Below, piece after piece: positions 41,590 through 52,669 of a stretch of 64,000 bases of DNA. Location of the stretch: assembly GCA_020891255.1 (NCBI GenBank), contig BQFW01000011.1, positions 620,001 to 684,000 of the forward strand, read 5' to 3'. The position numbers and the translations under genes were made by a program. The notes under the pieces were generated by a model. That model searched no databases and was not told the DNA's origin. It saw only the letters and a program-made list of their open reading frames with translations. Position 1 is the first letter of the stretch. Each line of letters starts with the position of its first letter. The stretch is from Entomortierella parvispora E1425. Taxonomy: Eukaryota; Fungi; Mortierellomycota.

Positions 41590-42738
41590 ATGACAACATG
41601 CGCTCGTCTGTGTGTGCAGTTGGCTGGAGGATTGTTTATTGGTGAAAACGCATCGCTGAGACTGTCTGATGATGCGAGATCTATATTGGATGAAATCGTT
41701 CCTTCTCAGTCTAGCTTTGTGCTGGAAACTATGAACAGGATACTACTGCACCGGAACGTTGATGGAGCGAAGTTCGACTGGATGCCTGAAATTCATACCA
41801 AGGCACGGCGTATCACCCGACTAGAACGCTCTGAGCTAGAGAAGAGTGCACTCAGTAGGCACTCCCTGCCGAGTACAGATTTCTCGATTATGCTCTATGA
41901 TGTCGGCGTTCTGTACTGTGGTACCATCTTCAAAACTGGTGGTGTGAAAGCTTGGGAAGATGCTGGTGTGTTAGTCGTCGAGGTCCTATACACGGATTAC
42001 TGGAGAAGTTGGTCGGCTTATGCAAACGAGTGGGATGCTTATGAAAAAGCATGTCGCAACATCGCATCCTTGCCTGATAGTGTGGTGGAGCTAATCAAGA
42101 TGGGAGTCATATTTAACTCCTGCATAAGTGCTGTCGAGCGGAGGTCCAACAAAACAGGGTATCTGTCCGGCATACACGACGTCATCCACACATTGACATA
42201 CAAGTCGTTCGAGTCACTGGGCTGGAGTTTTGCAGCTATCTATGCCAATGGACATGGCTTACACGTTGAGGCCGATAAGTTAGTTTTTGCTGGGTGGCTT
42301 ATCCCCCTTGTCCACGACGTCTTTGACTATCCCAGAGACTGCTATGAGGAAAACTATGGGAGTAGTTGCATGCTTCTTCATGGGCTTAATGAAGATGGCT
42401 TTTCGATAGGCTGCGCCGTATTGTTTGCAGTATGGAACAGCTTAGAGTCTTTCAATGACGATACAGCACGCTTGTTCAAGTTTTCCATCAGCACAGGAGT
42501 GGCTGGCAATCTGTCACTCCCTCGCTACAATGGAAAAGAACAGCTGATTAACTGCACGACCAGCGGCGTGTGGAGCACGAAAGTCAAAGCATCTGCCATC
42601 GACCTCATAAGGCATATGACTGGTGTGTCTATCCTCTGGCCAGAGAATATCGCTCTATCTACAATCAGCGACGCTACATATGTTGATTATCACAGGGCGC
42701 TTGTTGTTTGCTGTACGAATCTACCGCAGAGCAGGTAG
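41590..42738 (+). CDS. Intronless 382-aa protein, probable class I isoprenoid/terpene-synthase-like fold with non-canonical motifs
   Basis: First ATG at 41590. HDVFDYPRDCYEENYGSSCMLL resembles the NSE/second metal-binding motif; GNLSLPRY resembles the C-terminal RY motif ~70 aa later; YKSFESLG sits in the sensor position. TATA-like TATAAA at ~41248. Confidence 0.6.
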   Translation: MTTCARLCVQLAGGLFIGENASLRLSDDARSILDEIVPSQSSFVLETMNRILLHRNVDGAKFDWMPEIHTKARRITRLERSELEKSALSRHSLPSTDFSIMLYDVGVLYCGTIFKTGGVKAWEDAGVLVVEVLYTDYWRSWSAYANEWDAYEKACRNIASLPDSVVELIKMGVIFNSCISAVERRSNKTGYLSGIHDVIHTLTYKSFESLGWSFAAIYANGHGLHVEADKLVFAGWLIPLVHDVFDYPRDCYEENYGSSCMLLHGLNEDGFSIGCAVLFAVWNSLESFNDDTARLFKFSISTGVAGNLSLPRYNGKEQLINCTTSGVWSTKVKASAIDLIRHMTGVSILWPENIALSTISDATYVDYHRALVVCCTNLPQSR

Positions 42739-43199
42739 CCAGCCTGTGCATCGAGTGGGCAAACGAAATAATCAATTCCACTCTCATCAGAGATAGAACT
42801 ATTAGTTACGTCAAACGAGAGAACACTCAGTGCGGAACGTGGGCCTAACTTCTATCAAGTTCTGACCCTGTCCTATTTTTTAGATAATAGCCCCATTCAT
42901 GGTCTCAGAGTTCTCCGATGTGTTCCTCCTCTCACTATCTGTGCCTCACTTACAATATTGGTCTTCATAGTCTTTCACCACTTTTTTCGATTTTTAGTTG
43001 AATACGAATAGTGTGTAATAGGCACAGAGGGAGAATGCAAGGGGTTGGAATGATAGGGGTTTGGGTTGGTGGGATCATAAACGCTAGGATTGTAGACACG
43101 CGTTGCATAGAGCTTCGGCTCCTGAATCATATTACGTGGGGTGTGTGCGGGGCAGGGGGTCACCGTCAACGTGAGTAAGTCTGGGCACGAGTAATGACG

Positions 43200-44200
43200 A
43201 GACACAACGCGGTAGCAACTGCGCCAGTGACAGAAAGGAGTTCAGGGCGGCGCGATCGGCTCTCAAGGAAGGACCAAACCTCCATCTTAATGGCACGTTT
43301 TGCCTCCAAAAGGAATGCTCAAAATTGAAGGATAGGAAAAACCTGTCTATAAGGGATCCAAGGCCACACGTTGGAGGCCCATGGTGAACTCTAAGGTAAA
43401 CGTCGGAGTGGACCATTCTGTGCCTTTAGTCAACGATCGAGGAAACGATGCGAGAGTTGAATCTTACAATTGACGAGGCATCAAGGAAGTAGCTCACGTC
43501 TCCCCCCGTTGAGCTGGTCGCTCTTAGTCTCCCTGACACTTTGTAGTACTGGTCAATGGATCGCCCTAACCGGTGCTTGCGATGGATGTCATGAAATGTT
43601 GCCGCCAAGGCATTGTTTCGCTCCCTATCAATGGTCATTACCATCTCGTTCTGCTGAAGGTCGCCACGGGGTGCTTGGGCAAGGATTGCACTACGATGTT
43701 TACCGTTGTGCAAAACATGCACAAAAGGGTTGGAAGTAACCCTGATGAGAATATTCTCGAGCTGTCTCGTGCATGAGCGTGTAGGGGGCATGGTCAAGTG
43801 AATTGAGCAGAATGGAGGGAGGTGTGGACTAAAGGACTTCAGGGAGTGTTTGTGATAAAGAGAAGGGAGGGGTAAAAGGTGGGTGGTTCAGAGGGGAGAG
43901 GCTCGGGGGATTCATGTCATCCCTCAACAACGACCACAAGGAAAAAGTGTGGATTTTTTTTTTATTTTTTTTTTTAGGCTTGCACGACAAGTCCTCACTG
44001 GCAACTGATAAAGGCGAATGTGACAAAGCTGATAGCACCACTACAGTTGTTCTCGCAAAGGAAAAGGGGGTCCTTGTCAAGCTTCCATGGACGCGACCGA
44101 GGTTTCCGACATGAACAATCGAAACAACTGATAACGATGTGATTACCGCGGCCCATGTAGTCCGCCTTTCTAGGAGCGATCTGCTATATGTTACGAGATC
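43200..44200. repeat. Copy 1 of ~1 kb direct segmental duplication (copy 2 at ~52670-53770)
   Basis: Continuous alignment by eye from agaaaggagttcagggcggcgcgatcggctctcaagg to ctaggagcgatctgctat; copy 2 has an extra ~95 bp at ~53550-53645. Confidence 0.9.
43426..43791 (-). CDS. Small (~120 aa) hypothetical protein, possible OB-fold/SSB-like, copy 1
   Basis: MPPTRSCTRQLENILIRVTSNPF...YYKVSGRLRATSSTGGDVSYFLDASSI. The ORF is intact in both copies and preceded by a pyrimidine-rich 5' region; a possible 50-nt GTAAGA...CTAA...CAG intron lies at the 3' end. Confidence 0.6.
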   Translation of the reverse strand: MPPTRSCTRQLENILIRVTSNPFVHVLHNGKHRSAILAQAPRGDLQQNEMVMTIDRERNNALAATFHDIHRKHRLGRSIDQYYKVSGRLRATSSTGGDVSYFLDASSIVRFNSRIVSSIVD

Positions 44201-44939
44201 CCTGCTGGGTGTGGAAGTATGGGAAAAGAGTTGTCCCCGATTTGAATCTTGCCGTCTCATCTTCTCTGAGTGCATTTCAGTTATGCTCTTGATCTGCTTG
44301 AAAGAAAACTACGGGACTACCGGTTCATTGGCCTTTGCTTGAAAGTCGTTGCACCTATTCGTGATAAAAGGACTGCCGCTTGCGGTGTGGTCAATATGGT
44401 GCTGTCAAAACATGGTTGGTCCCGCACTCCTCTCTCGTGAACTCCCAACCCAACCCTTCACCGAGCCGACTGCTATTAACCCATCCGGAGGCAACACATA
44501 GTATTCCGGACCAATGCTTGCCGCAGGCACGACTCTCAGGGTACCACTCTCCCCCAATCCTTCTTTGAACCGTCAGTATTGCGTTACCCGAGAGTCGTGG
44601 AGGGCAAGGACACTCACAAGGCCAACTCAACTGCTGGGATTTTACTCATTACCAGGTCCGCAGCCACTTGCAGGTTACTCTCTCGCAGCAAGAGAGAAGT
44701 GCACTTGTTTCAGAACATCTCATTACCAGGCCGAAGGCCGCTTCCTGAACATATAGTTCTCTCCACCGCAACAAAGCCGAAAGTGATTCTCAGGACCCAC
44801 ACCGCCACCCCCGCCACCCCCGCCACCCACGGTCATACTTTCGTACCTTGTTACATGTCTTTGGTCAAGGGCTTGAGAGGACTAACGTTGAAGAGAGAGG
44901 AAACCTCTTAATGTAACGCGTTGACAACTCTCCCTTGCA

Positions 44940-45929
44940 TCACGGCAAGAAAGCGGGTACGGTCCCTTGGCGGGATCTTGACTGGATGCAAGGCGCGCAC
45001 TTGCTCGAATGGACGGATGGACAGACGCGTCGATGGCCAATTTTAAGGGGCACTGCCGATGTGGGACTGCTTTTCGTTGTTGACCCAAACGCGAAACGGG
45101 CAGTTGCACGGCCAGGAAGCACAGCTGGGGCGTGCTCTGGAGGAGGGGCAGCCATGGAGGAGGGGCGCTCTTGGCGACAAGAGGCTTGAGAAGGACGAGC
45201 ATACTCCAGAGAGTGAGCCTGCTGTTGGGCCACTTCAAAGGCACAGCTGGTCTTGAAAGGCAGGAGGTGCCCGAGGAGCCAGGGCCCTGCTTGCAGAGAG
45301 GTGGAACTTGTGTGTTTGGGAGAGTGCACTCAAGCCCAGCTACTCTGAGCAAGAAACGTTCTTGAAGTGGGGCTGGCACCGAAGGGAAAGAGCTTCTTCC
45401 CAAAGGGCACAGTTATCTGCCAGGGAGGCAGAGTCATGAAGACCTTGAAGGGCAGAGAGGCGGTCTGAAGGGACTGCGCCTCACAAAGTCTTGCACGGGC
45501 GCCAAGGAGACAAACAGCGACAGAGACTCGGCAAGCAACGTGGTCCGCTATCCACCTGCAAAGTAAACGTCGAGTGGCAAGAAAACGGAAAAGGAGCATG
45601 CTGCAAGGGGGCGTCAGAGGCTGAAAAGGATGTAGGTTGTGTTTGTTTGGCTGGATTTCAAAAAAGTACCTTGAAAACACGGGCTGTGCTCTCGCGTCTG
45701 AAGGGACGCGGATGTGGTGCAACCTTGGGTCATGGTGGTTGGTGGAAGGATCATGGTCCTTGTGGAGTATGAAGGTGGAGGTGGACTGTGGGTGGAGGTG
45801 GACTGGGATTGAGGGGGTGGTGGTGGTGAGAGGGAGGAGAAAAAGAGAGAGGGCGAAAAAGGCGAAAAAGGCGAAGCAGATAAACCGAAAAAGCAGACAA
45901 AAAAAAAAAAAAAAAAAAAGCAGCCACAA
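44940..45929 (-). pseudogene. Low-complexity coding relic; part (45126-45228) is repeated at 63897-64000
   Basis: ORFs 45330-45929 and 44940-45329 are one frame broken by a single stop. The segment gctctggaggaggggcagccatggaggaggggcgctcttgg...ctgctgttg recurs at the right window edge. Confidence 0.4.
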
Positions 45930-46026
45930 AAAAAAAGGCAGCAGAACCTCATCTTGTCCTCATCCTCCCACCGCTGACACCAACCTTCCCTGAGGCTGCT
46001 CCGCGTCGATCTTGATGGGCTGAGAG

Positions 46027-46699
46027 ATGAACGTCGGCGTCACATCTACCTGGATCTGTCAGCCCTTCAAAATGCCGACCCTCCTGCCTTCCATGGCCGC
46101 CGGATGGGTCCTTGAATCGCCCCTCTTTGATGAGTTTCGCCAAGTGCGCCTGGTGCAGGTCCATCGACAAGCCGGTCGATATTCAGGAATCCGGGGTCAT
46201 CAAGAGGAGAGGGTTCTACGCCTGACCTTTGAGCTCTCGGAACTCGGAACCTCGCCAAGGGCCATGTTGTATGCAGGGCTCGAGTTCATCTTTGCGGACT
46301 GGGAGGAGGACCTTCATGACACGGGCGACGAGGCGGTTGGGGACGGTCAAGGCGATGGGGACAACTGGATAACGTCTTTCAATAATAACCGCGACAGCAT
46401 TCAAGACAAAAGTGTTTATTGGCATCTACCAGAAGAGAGATGATAACCGGCGGGAGATACTCGACGCACTCCTGCTCATCCAGGAGCAGGTCTACCTGCA
46501 CGAGCTTCAGCCTCGCGTCTATTGGAAGTCCACATCTGATCAGGGCCATGATGGCACAAAGGACCACATTGAACAAAGGACCACAGCCTGGAATAAAAAC
46601 GTAAGGAAATATTACGACATCCCTGGCCTCATCTTCACTAAGTTCACCTACACTTGCCCTCATCCTAACAGTTACCAACTGTACCTGCACTCCACCTAG
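46027..46699 (+). pseudogene. Frameshifted hypothetical-protein relic
   Basis: Protein-like GWVLESPLFDEFRQVRLVQ...GLEFIFADWEED continues in a shifted frame as FIGIYQKRDDNRREILDALLLIQEQVYLHELQPRVYWKST. Confidence 0.35.
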
Positions 46700-47020
46700 C
46701 GACACCGCACCCTTGGTATTCAATGCAAGGAAGCACCCCTATCGACAATACCAAACCCAGGTCACTCCATCCCAACTCATGCCATTGGCCATTGTCTATC
46801 GTCCAGCGAGAGGTACTCGCTCAGACACCCATGGTTCTTAACACGGTCACGGGAAACGCGGGCTTCGCCGTACAGGAGGCCGAAAGGCTGCACCAAGGAA
46901 GGATGCTCCTCGTCGAGCTGGATGAATGTCGAGATGACCATCGACGAAGGATCTCCCAGGATCTATCGGCTCTCCAAACGCAGACCCCCCAACCTTTGGA
47001 GGTTCATCTTCTAGGGTTTA

Positions 47021-49230
47021 TGTGGTAATCAAGATCTGATGAGGTAGGATTTATTTTGATGCATGACCGAAGGGGAAGTTCAGAGATGCAAAACCAAAAA
47101 AAAAAAAAAAAAAAAAAAAGAGCGAGAAACCACTCAACGAGGACTCATGGTGATCAAAGAGAACCTACTGAGAAAAGGAGGGACAGGACATCAAAACGTA
47201 TGCGAAAGCGCTTGATGATTCCCACCTACCCTTCTGTGCTTCCAAGCCTCTTCCCGAGTACCAACGTTCACCCAAGAACATGTGGTTGCCAACCACGACA
47301 AGTGACTGACCCACAACCATGCTTCACTTGTAGATTTTTTTCAACCCACTTTACTCATTTTGCTACAGGAGGACAGCTCCACTGGCAAGAAGCGTAAAAG
47401 GAAAGATTTTATACATGGTGGAGATGTGCCAAAGGTGCAGCAATAAAGTTGATAAGGAAGCAAAATCAATGTATTGTGCTTGAGGCGCATGTCACTAGAT
47501 CATGACTCGCGAATGACATGTAAAAAGGAATGAGTAGTCAGGACAATTCTTCCGTTATCGCACTGAGTGGAGTTATCGCCGGCTTTGCGCCATCCCATAA
47601 CCTCCATGTGGAAGATTTTGTTCCTGAGTCCTACTCCTCAAAGTCGCCATTGTTGTTCCTTGCCTTCTTTTCCTTCTTGGATGGAGAGAAGAGAACATAC
47701 GCATTAGGTCGCTTTATATGAGGCGGCGTGCTTGGTCGCTCCCCAAAGCTGAAGGGTGAATATGCATCATTGTCACCCTCGTCGTCATATTCGCCATCGT
47801 AGTCATCATCACTGACGGGCTCCAAAGCATCGGGAACATCAGTCGCATACCATCGCGAGCGTTCCTATTGCAGACCATAAAATAACAAACTTCAGGTCTC
47901 TCATCGTCGCGGCTTTGTCCCAGATCTTGAAGTGTTTCGCAAACGATGCGAATGACACGTGCTCCGCTCGCTCGCCATGCTCTCTAAACAGCTTTTTTCT
48001 GCTTTCCAGCGAGAATCGTTACACAAAAACGAAAGAAGGGCCAATCAACTCAAAGAATCAAGAAAGTGATTCTCTTCGACAAGAAGAAAGGAAGCAGGCT
48101 AGTATGCGCGTTGTTGGGAAAGAAAAGAAAAAGCTGTACACATGTTAACAATACATTCGTTCGTTCCAGTGTTACTCGGAATCATTTGACGATGGGCGAG
48201 GAGAAGAAATAAAGGCACTTCAGCGCAAAGGCCTGACGACTCCAAAACTGCGAGTACATGTCGAGAGTTTACGCTGAACGACATTGTCACGACTACCTCC
48301 GGTCGGCGTGGACCAGGATTGTTAATCCGTGACCACACGCTAGATCTAAAAGGAGCCGTTTTGGCAGACAATGCGCTCTATTCTGTCACTCGCCTTTTGT
48401 GCATGATCCGTGAGTAGAACGTCATGACAACTCCATTTACGCGAGCACATGTCACGCGGCCCTGCTGACGGCTGAGCATGTCGCGACCACCTCCCCGGTC
48501 GGCATGGACCGTAACCACATGCTGGACCTGAGGGGGCCAGGTCGCTTTGACAAGTCATGTTTGCATGCGCCTAGTGCTGAAAGAAGTCCATTACCTTGTC
48601 GAGTGAGGAGTTGAGAGGAGCAGAGGTGCCAAGGTGTGTCCATGCAATTGGCAGCAAAATGCAATAGATTCAGGATTTAACGATTCTTTATTTCCACGCA
48701 CATCTATCTTCAACTCCGACCTTTGGTGCTGCTTTCGCAGCCTTTTCTCTCATGAGAACTACAGTTGACCCGTCTACGCGCGCATACGCGTTCCTTCTTC
48801 CTCGCCCACCACGCTCCCCACGCTCGCCATTACTCATTACCAGCGACAACCCTTCGCATTATTGCGTTCCGCCTTTTCATCAGCTCTTATCATCTGATCT
48901 TTTACGCATCCTCTGAATTGTGCCTCTGATGGGATTACAAGATTGGTTCCCCTTTTTGCGCTACGGCAAAAAAATGAAAGGTCAACCGTGACGAAGCCGC
49001 TGAAGAATGCTACAAGAACCTTGACGCACTCGAGCAAAGGGAATCATCAAACGCTTTCGCATACGTTTTGATGTCCTGTCCCTCCTTTTCTCAGTAGGTT
49101 CTCTTTGATCACCATGAGTCCTCGTTGAGTGGTTTCTCGCTCCTTTTTTTTTTTTGGTTTTGCATCTCTGAAATTCCCCTTCGGTCATGCATCAAAATAA
49201 ATCCTACCTCATCAGATCTTGATTACCACA
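47021..49230. mobile_element. Non-autonomous DNA transposon with ~200 bp terminal inverted repeats and TA flanks
   Basis: 47021-47223 is the reverse complement of 49039-49230, with about 3 substitutions plus a poly-A length difference. Termini are TGTGGTAATC...GATTACCACA, with TA immediately outside both ends. No transposase ORF inside. Confidence 0.85.
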
Positions 49231-49766
49231 TATGTCAAGATTCTTTATCTCCTCTTCACACCCGCTCGGCTGTTATATCCTTCATTCGGCACGATTCCTA
49301 CCTTCTTATGATTTCCCATCTTGTCTCCCCCAAGCTTATAGATGTCCTCTCCTTCTCGGCAGCACCTTGGGACTTGAGGCGATCAGTTTTTTGCTAATCC
49401 CTCTCCTCACCTTTACGCATTCCCTCACCATTCAAGATGTAGATGTGATCTCATATATGTTGATTTCTGCCCTCTAGGCGAATGATCCATCGTCCTCCCT
49501 TCTTCCTCCAACTCTTCTTCGCGGCTATAAAGAGCGAATCATATTCTAAGCTAACCCATATCTCACTCCATCCAACTTTTCTTTCGCAAGAGTCATTCGA
49601 TCACCCCTACACAGCTCTCTAGTCCTTCCTTATTCAAGAACCACTCACCGGTAGGAACAAAGCAAACCAAACACACCCTTTTCAGACCAAAGACGTAACC
49701 TTGCTCAATTAAACAAAAAGGTTACTGACAGCTTCTTCTTTGTCTTTTTTCCTTCTTTTCTAGAAA

Positions 49767-50280
49767 ATGTTGGCAAGCCACCCTCAAAAGACCGAGATCA
49801 AGCGCATCCGCCCCAGCAAGGCCGCAGCGGGTCATCTCTGAAAAGTCCTTGGCCTTTTGCTGATCCTGTCTTTGTGTGTCACCGGCGTGCTCTCCTTTGC
49901 GAAAAAGAGTCCCGCGAAGATTGCCGCCTGCCAGCGTATGAAAGCTCGCGGGGAAAGTGGTCGGCCTTATAGGACTTATAACACACGTGATCTTCGCCTT
50001 CGCTCAGTGGAGGCTGCTGAAGAAGATGCAAAGCAGAAAGCTTTGAACGAAAGGTGCGAAGACCGCGGACTGTGTTTAAACTACGCGCGGTGCTGTATTG
50101 ACCGTTGCAAGGGAGGTGAAACCGGCCTCTGTGAAAGTCAAGGACTGCGATAGTGCCGACGCGCGTAATGCGGTTTACGAATGCCAGAAAACCCAGATAT
50201 GTATTGAGCACTACAGTGTTTGCCCTGGTGTATCCGACACTGATTGTCGATGCAGGCAGTACAACAAGAGCTGCTATTAG
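49767..50280 (+). pseudogene. Secreted cysteine-rich small protein disrupted by an in-frame TGA and a frameshift
   Basis: TATA (ctataaa ~49525), a 5'UTR intron (49651-49763) and ATG 49767. TGA at 49839 is followed in frame by KVLGLLLILSLCVTGVLS (signal-like), then ERCEDRGLCLNYARCC and, after a frame change, YECQKTQICIEHYSVC...DCRCRQYNKSCY*. Confidence 0.55.
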
Positions 50281-51169
50281 TGCAGTTTACCCCCTTTTCT
50301 CTTTGAACTCTTTGTAGTTCATGGCCCATTATTTCCATTCCCACCATTATCGCGCTCCGTCTTTGCAACACGTTCCTCTATTTCCGAGAACGCCACCCAC
50401 CGTGTCCCTGAATGTTTGATTTATATGGGTGCATTAAATTTTCTGTGTTTTCAAAAACACAGATATAAAAAAAAAACCAGACAGAGAGTCGCCAAAGTGA
50501 ATTTCTGTGTTTTTTCATTGCATTTCTCTGATGAACAAAACAGCGTGCTTGCAGCAAGTGCTTCTTAGGGAGGGAGCCTATACATTCTTTTTGAAGATGA
50601 AATGACTCAGTTGAAGTCCAGTTGTTTGTTATCAGAAGCTGTTGCCAGCTTAGTCACCAGCCTGAGACCAAATGGAGAGGTCCTTTGTGCGAGCAGCAAT
50701 TGACATCCTTTGCGCATGGGTCGGTTGCCTCTGCGCTTTGCCTCACTTAGGCAAAGGCCAGTTGGATATCCTGACCCTCGGATATAAGGTCTGTATGCTT
50801 GATTTTGGAGGTGGTGAGGACGATGGAGGCGATGGTAATGAGGACAGTACGACGACCTTTTTGCGCTCGATCGAAAACTTCTTGTTCGCTCAAGAAAGCC
50901 ATCCAAATCCTTCAAGTTCTCCCAGTTCGCCCTGATCCAATCTAAAGTTCGCCTAGTGCGCACTTTTCAGGTTCAACTGTTGACCCACACCTTGATCTCT
51001 TTGACCCATTTGGCCCATTCCTCTCTCCATTTCTGGATTCGAGTTCTGCCTCACCATTTGAAACACCCCCCCCCCCCATCAGCACCAATGGCCTGTTGTA
51101 TAATGCCTGAATATGATCGTCGAACGTTCACCAAAAGAGTCGGCGAATACACTTTGAGCTGTGATCGAA

Positions 51170-51360
51170 TCTGGTGTACTGTATGGGCGATCAAACTGAG
51201 CTCCCTTCTGAGGAAGAAGCTAAGACCATTGCCAAGTTGGAGGAAGTTTTGACCATGTTCAAGAAACATCTACTCCCAAAACAGCATTTGGAAAGCTGTC
51301 CCCATCAAATCAAGATCAAGAACGGGAAAGTGATTCACTACAAAGCTTCTGAAAGCTTGG
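51170..51360 (+). mobile_element. Ty3/Gypsy pol relic (protease-RT linker region)
   Basis: LEEVLTMFKKHLLPKQHLESCPHQIKIKNGKVIHYK resembles the Gypsy pre-RT motif F...LP....H.I....G. Confidence 0.4.
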
Positions 51361-51972
51361 GTAGAGGAACGCAGACTTCAATAACAGGAAAAAGATTAGA
51401 AAGAAGAGCAGGAAGAGGAGGCGAGAAAGACGGCCATCAACGTTGTAAGGACGAAAATATGACCTCGTACTGCCGTATCCATCAAGCGCTCACGCAAAAT
51501 ACATCCAATTGCCTGCACCCCAGACTGGTCACACTTGTGGGTCGTTCGAATTGTCCTAAATTCGACTCAAGTCCAAGTCCCTCCAATGTCGCTCAAGTTG
51601 CGAGGTTCCCTGTAGCTCCACTTTCGCAACCATTCAATCAAAGCGCGCACCACTTTCCCCATCTTTTGTCTTAGTGGCACTGTTCATTGGAAAACTGTTT
51701 CTAAAATAAATGCGTTATTGACCATCGCCTGACAAATAAACAGACCTCGTAAACGACAGTCCGACCAAACCGCCTGTTCGACTACACTTGCACTGTTACC
51801 ATTGTTGCCACTGCGCACATTACTTGCATGATGTCTCTGTATCTTTGAATACAGCGTCGAGCCTCTTTTTCACCTTCCCTAATACGATGTTAAAGGAGAG
51901 TGAGCACAAAAGTTTGAGAAAAAAAAACAACTAAATAGGGTAGTTGTTGCCCTTGCTGTCGGTGCCAGTATT

Positions 51973-52420
51973 CACTTGCACCTACGACCATGTTCTCGAT
52001 CAATGGCGCGAGCGCTGACTTCTATCATCATGGCTGCAGCTTTGTCGGCAGCTCTGGAAGCTTCATCGGCAGTTTTGGAGGCAGAGCGAGACAAAACCTC
52101 TTTTTCCTGGCGTAGAGATCCCTCACTGTCATGCCAGCCTATTGGTACGAGAGAAAAAAAAGGTAAAAAAAAGTGTCAGGGCGTTACCACACCAAAAAAA
52201 AAAAGAAAAAAAAAAAGAAAAAAAAAGGGGGAAAAAAAAAAGGGAGGGCACTGTGGCCCTCGTCGCTTGCAAAGAGCGTTACGTTTATGGATCTCCACAA
52301 TTCCCTTGAGTCTTTCAACAACCAATTGAAGGGTGATCTCATCGATTTGTTGAGATATAGAACCGATCAGAAGGGCCTTTTCTTCCGAAAGGAGTTTGCT
52401 CTCAGTCCTGGGCCGTTTAT
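51973..52420 (-). CDS. Two-exon coding fragment of unknown function
   Basis: TESKLLSEEKALLIGSISQQIDEITLQLVVERLKGIVEIHK, then intron GTAACG...CCAATAG (~52145-52279), then in-frame RWHDSEGSLRQEKEVLSRSASKTADEASRAADKAAAMMIEVSARAIDREHGRRCK*. No start codon was identified. Confidence 0.35.
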
Positions 52421-52669
52421 AATTTGGCATTTGTGTCCGTACGTGCTCTATGTATGTGTGCAAGGCGGGTATTGCGCTTCTCCTTATTTAGTTTTATCCT
52501 GCAACGGTACGAAATGGAGAAATGGTAGAAGAAAAGGAATGATGTCAACTGCAAAAAGGTCAATGAAGACAAAGGAATGCAATGAAATGTCGTTTGACAA
52601 AGATCCAGCGATTTGGTGGCAAGGGAGGAGTCACGCGATTTTCGCGCTCTTCGTTTTTTTGTGATTGTG

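Noticed and set aside
44403-44855. Solo LTR (TGT...ACA)
   Set aside because: LTR-like composition, but no matching 4-5 bp TSD and no second copy in the window.
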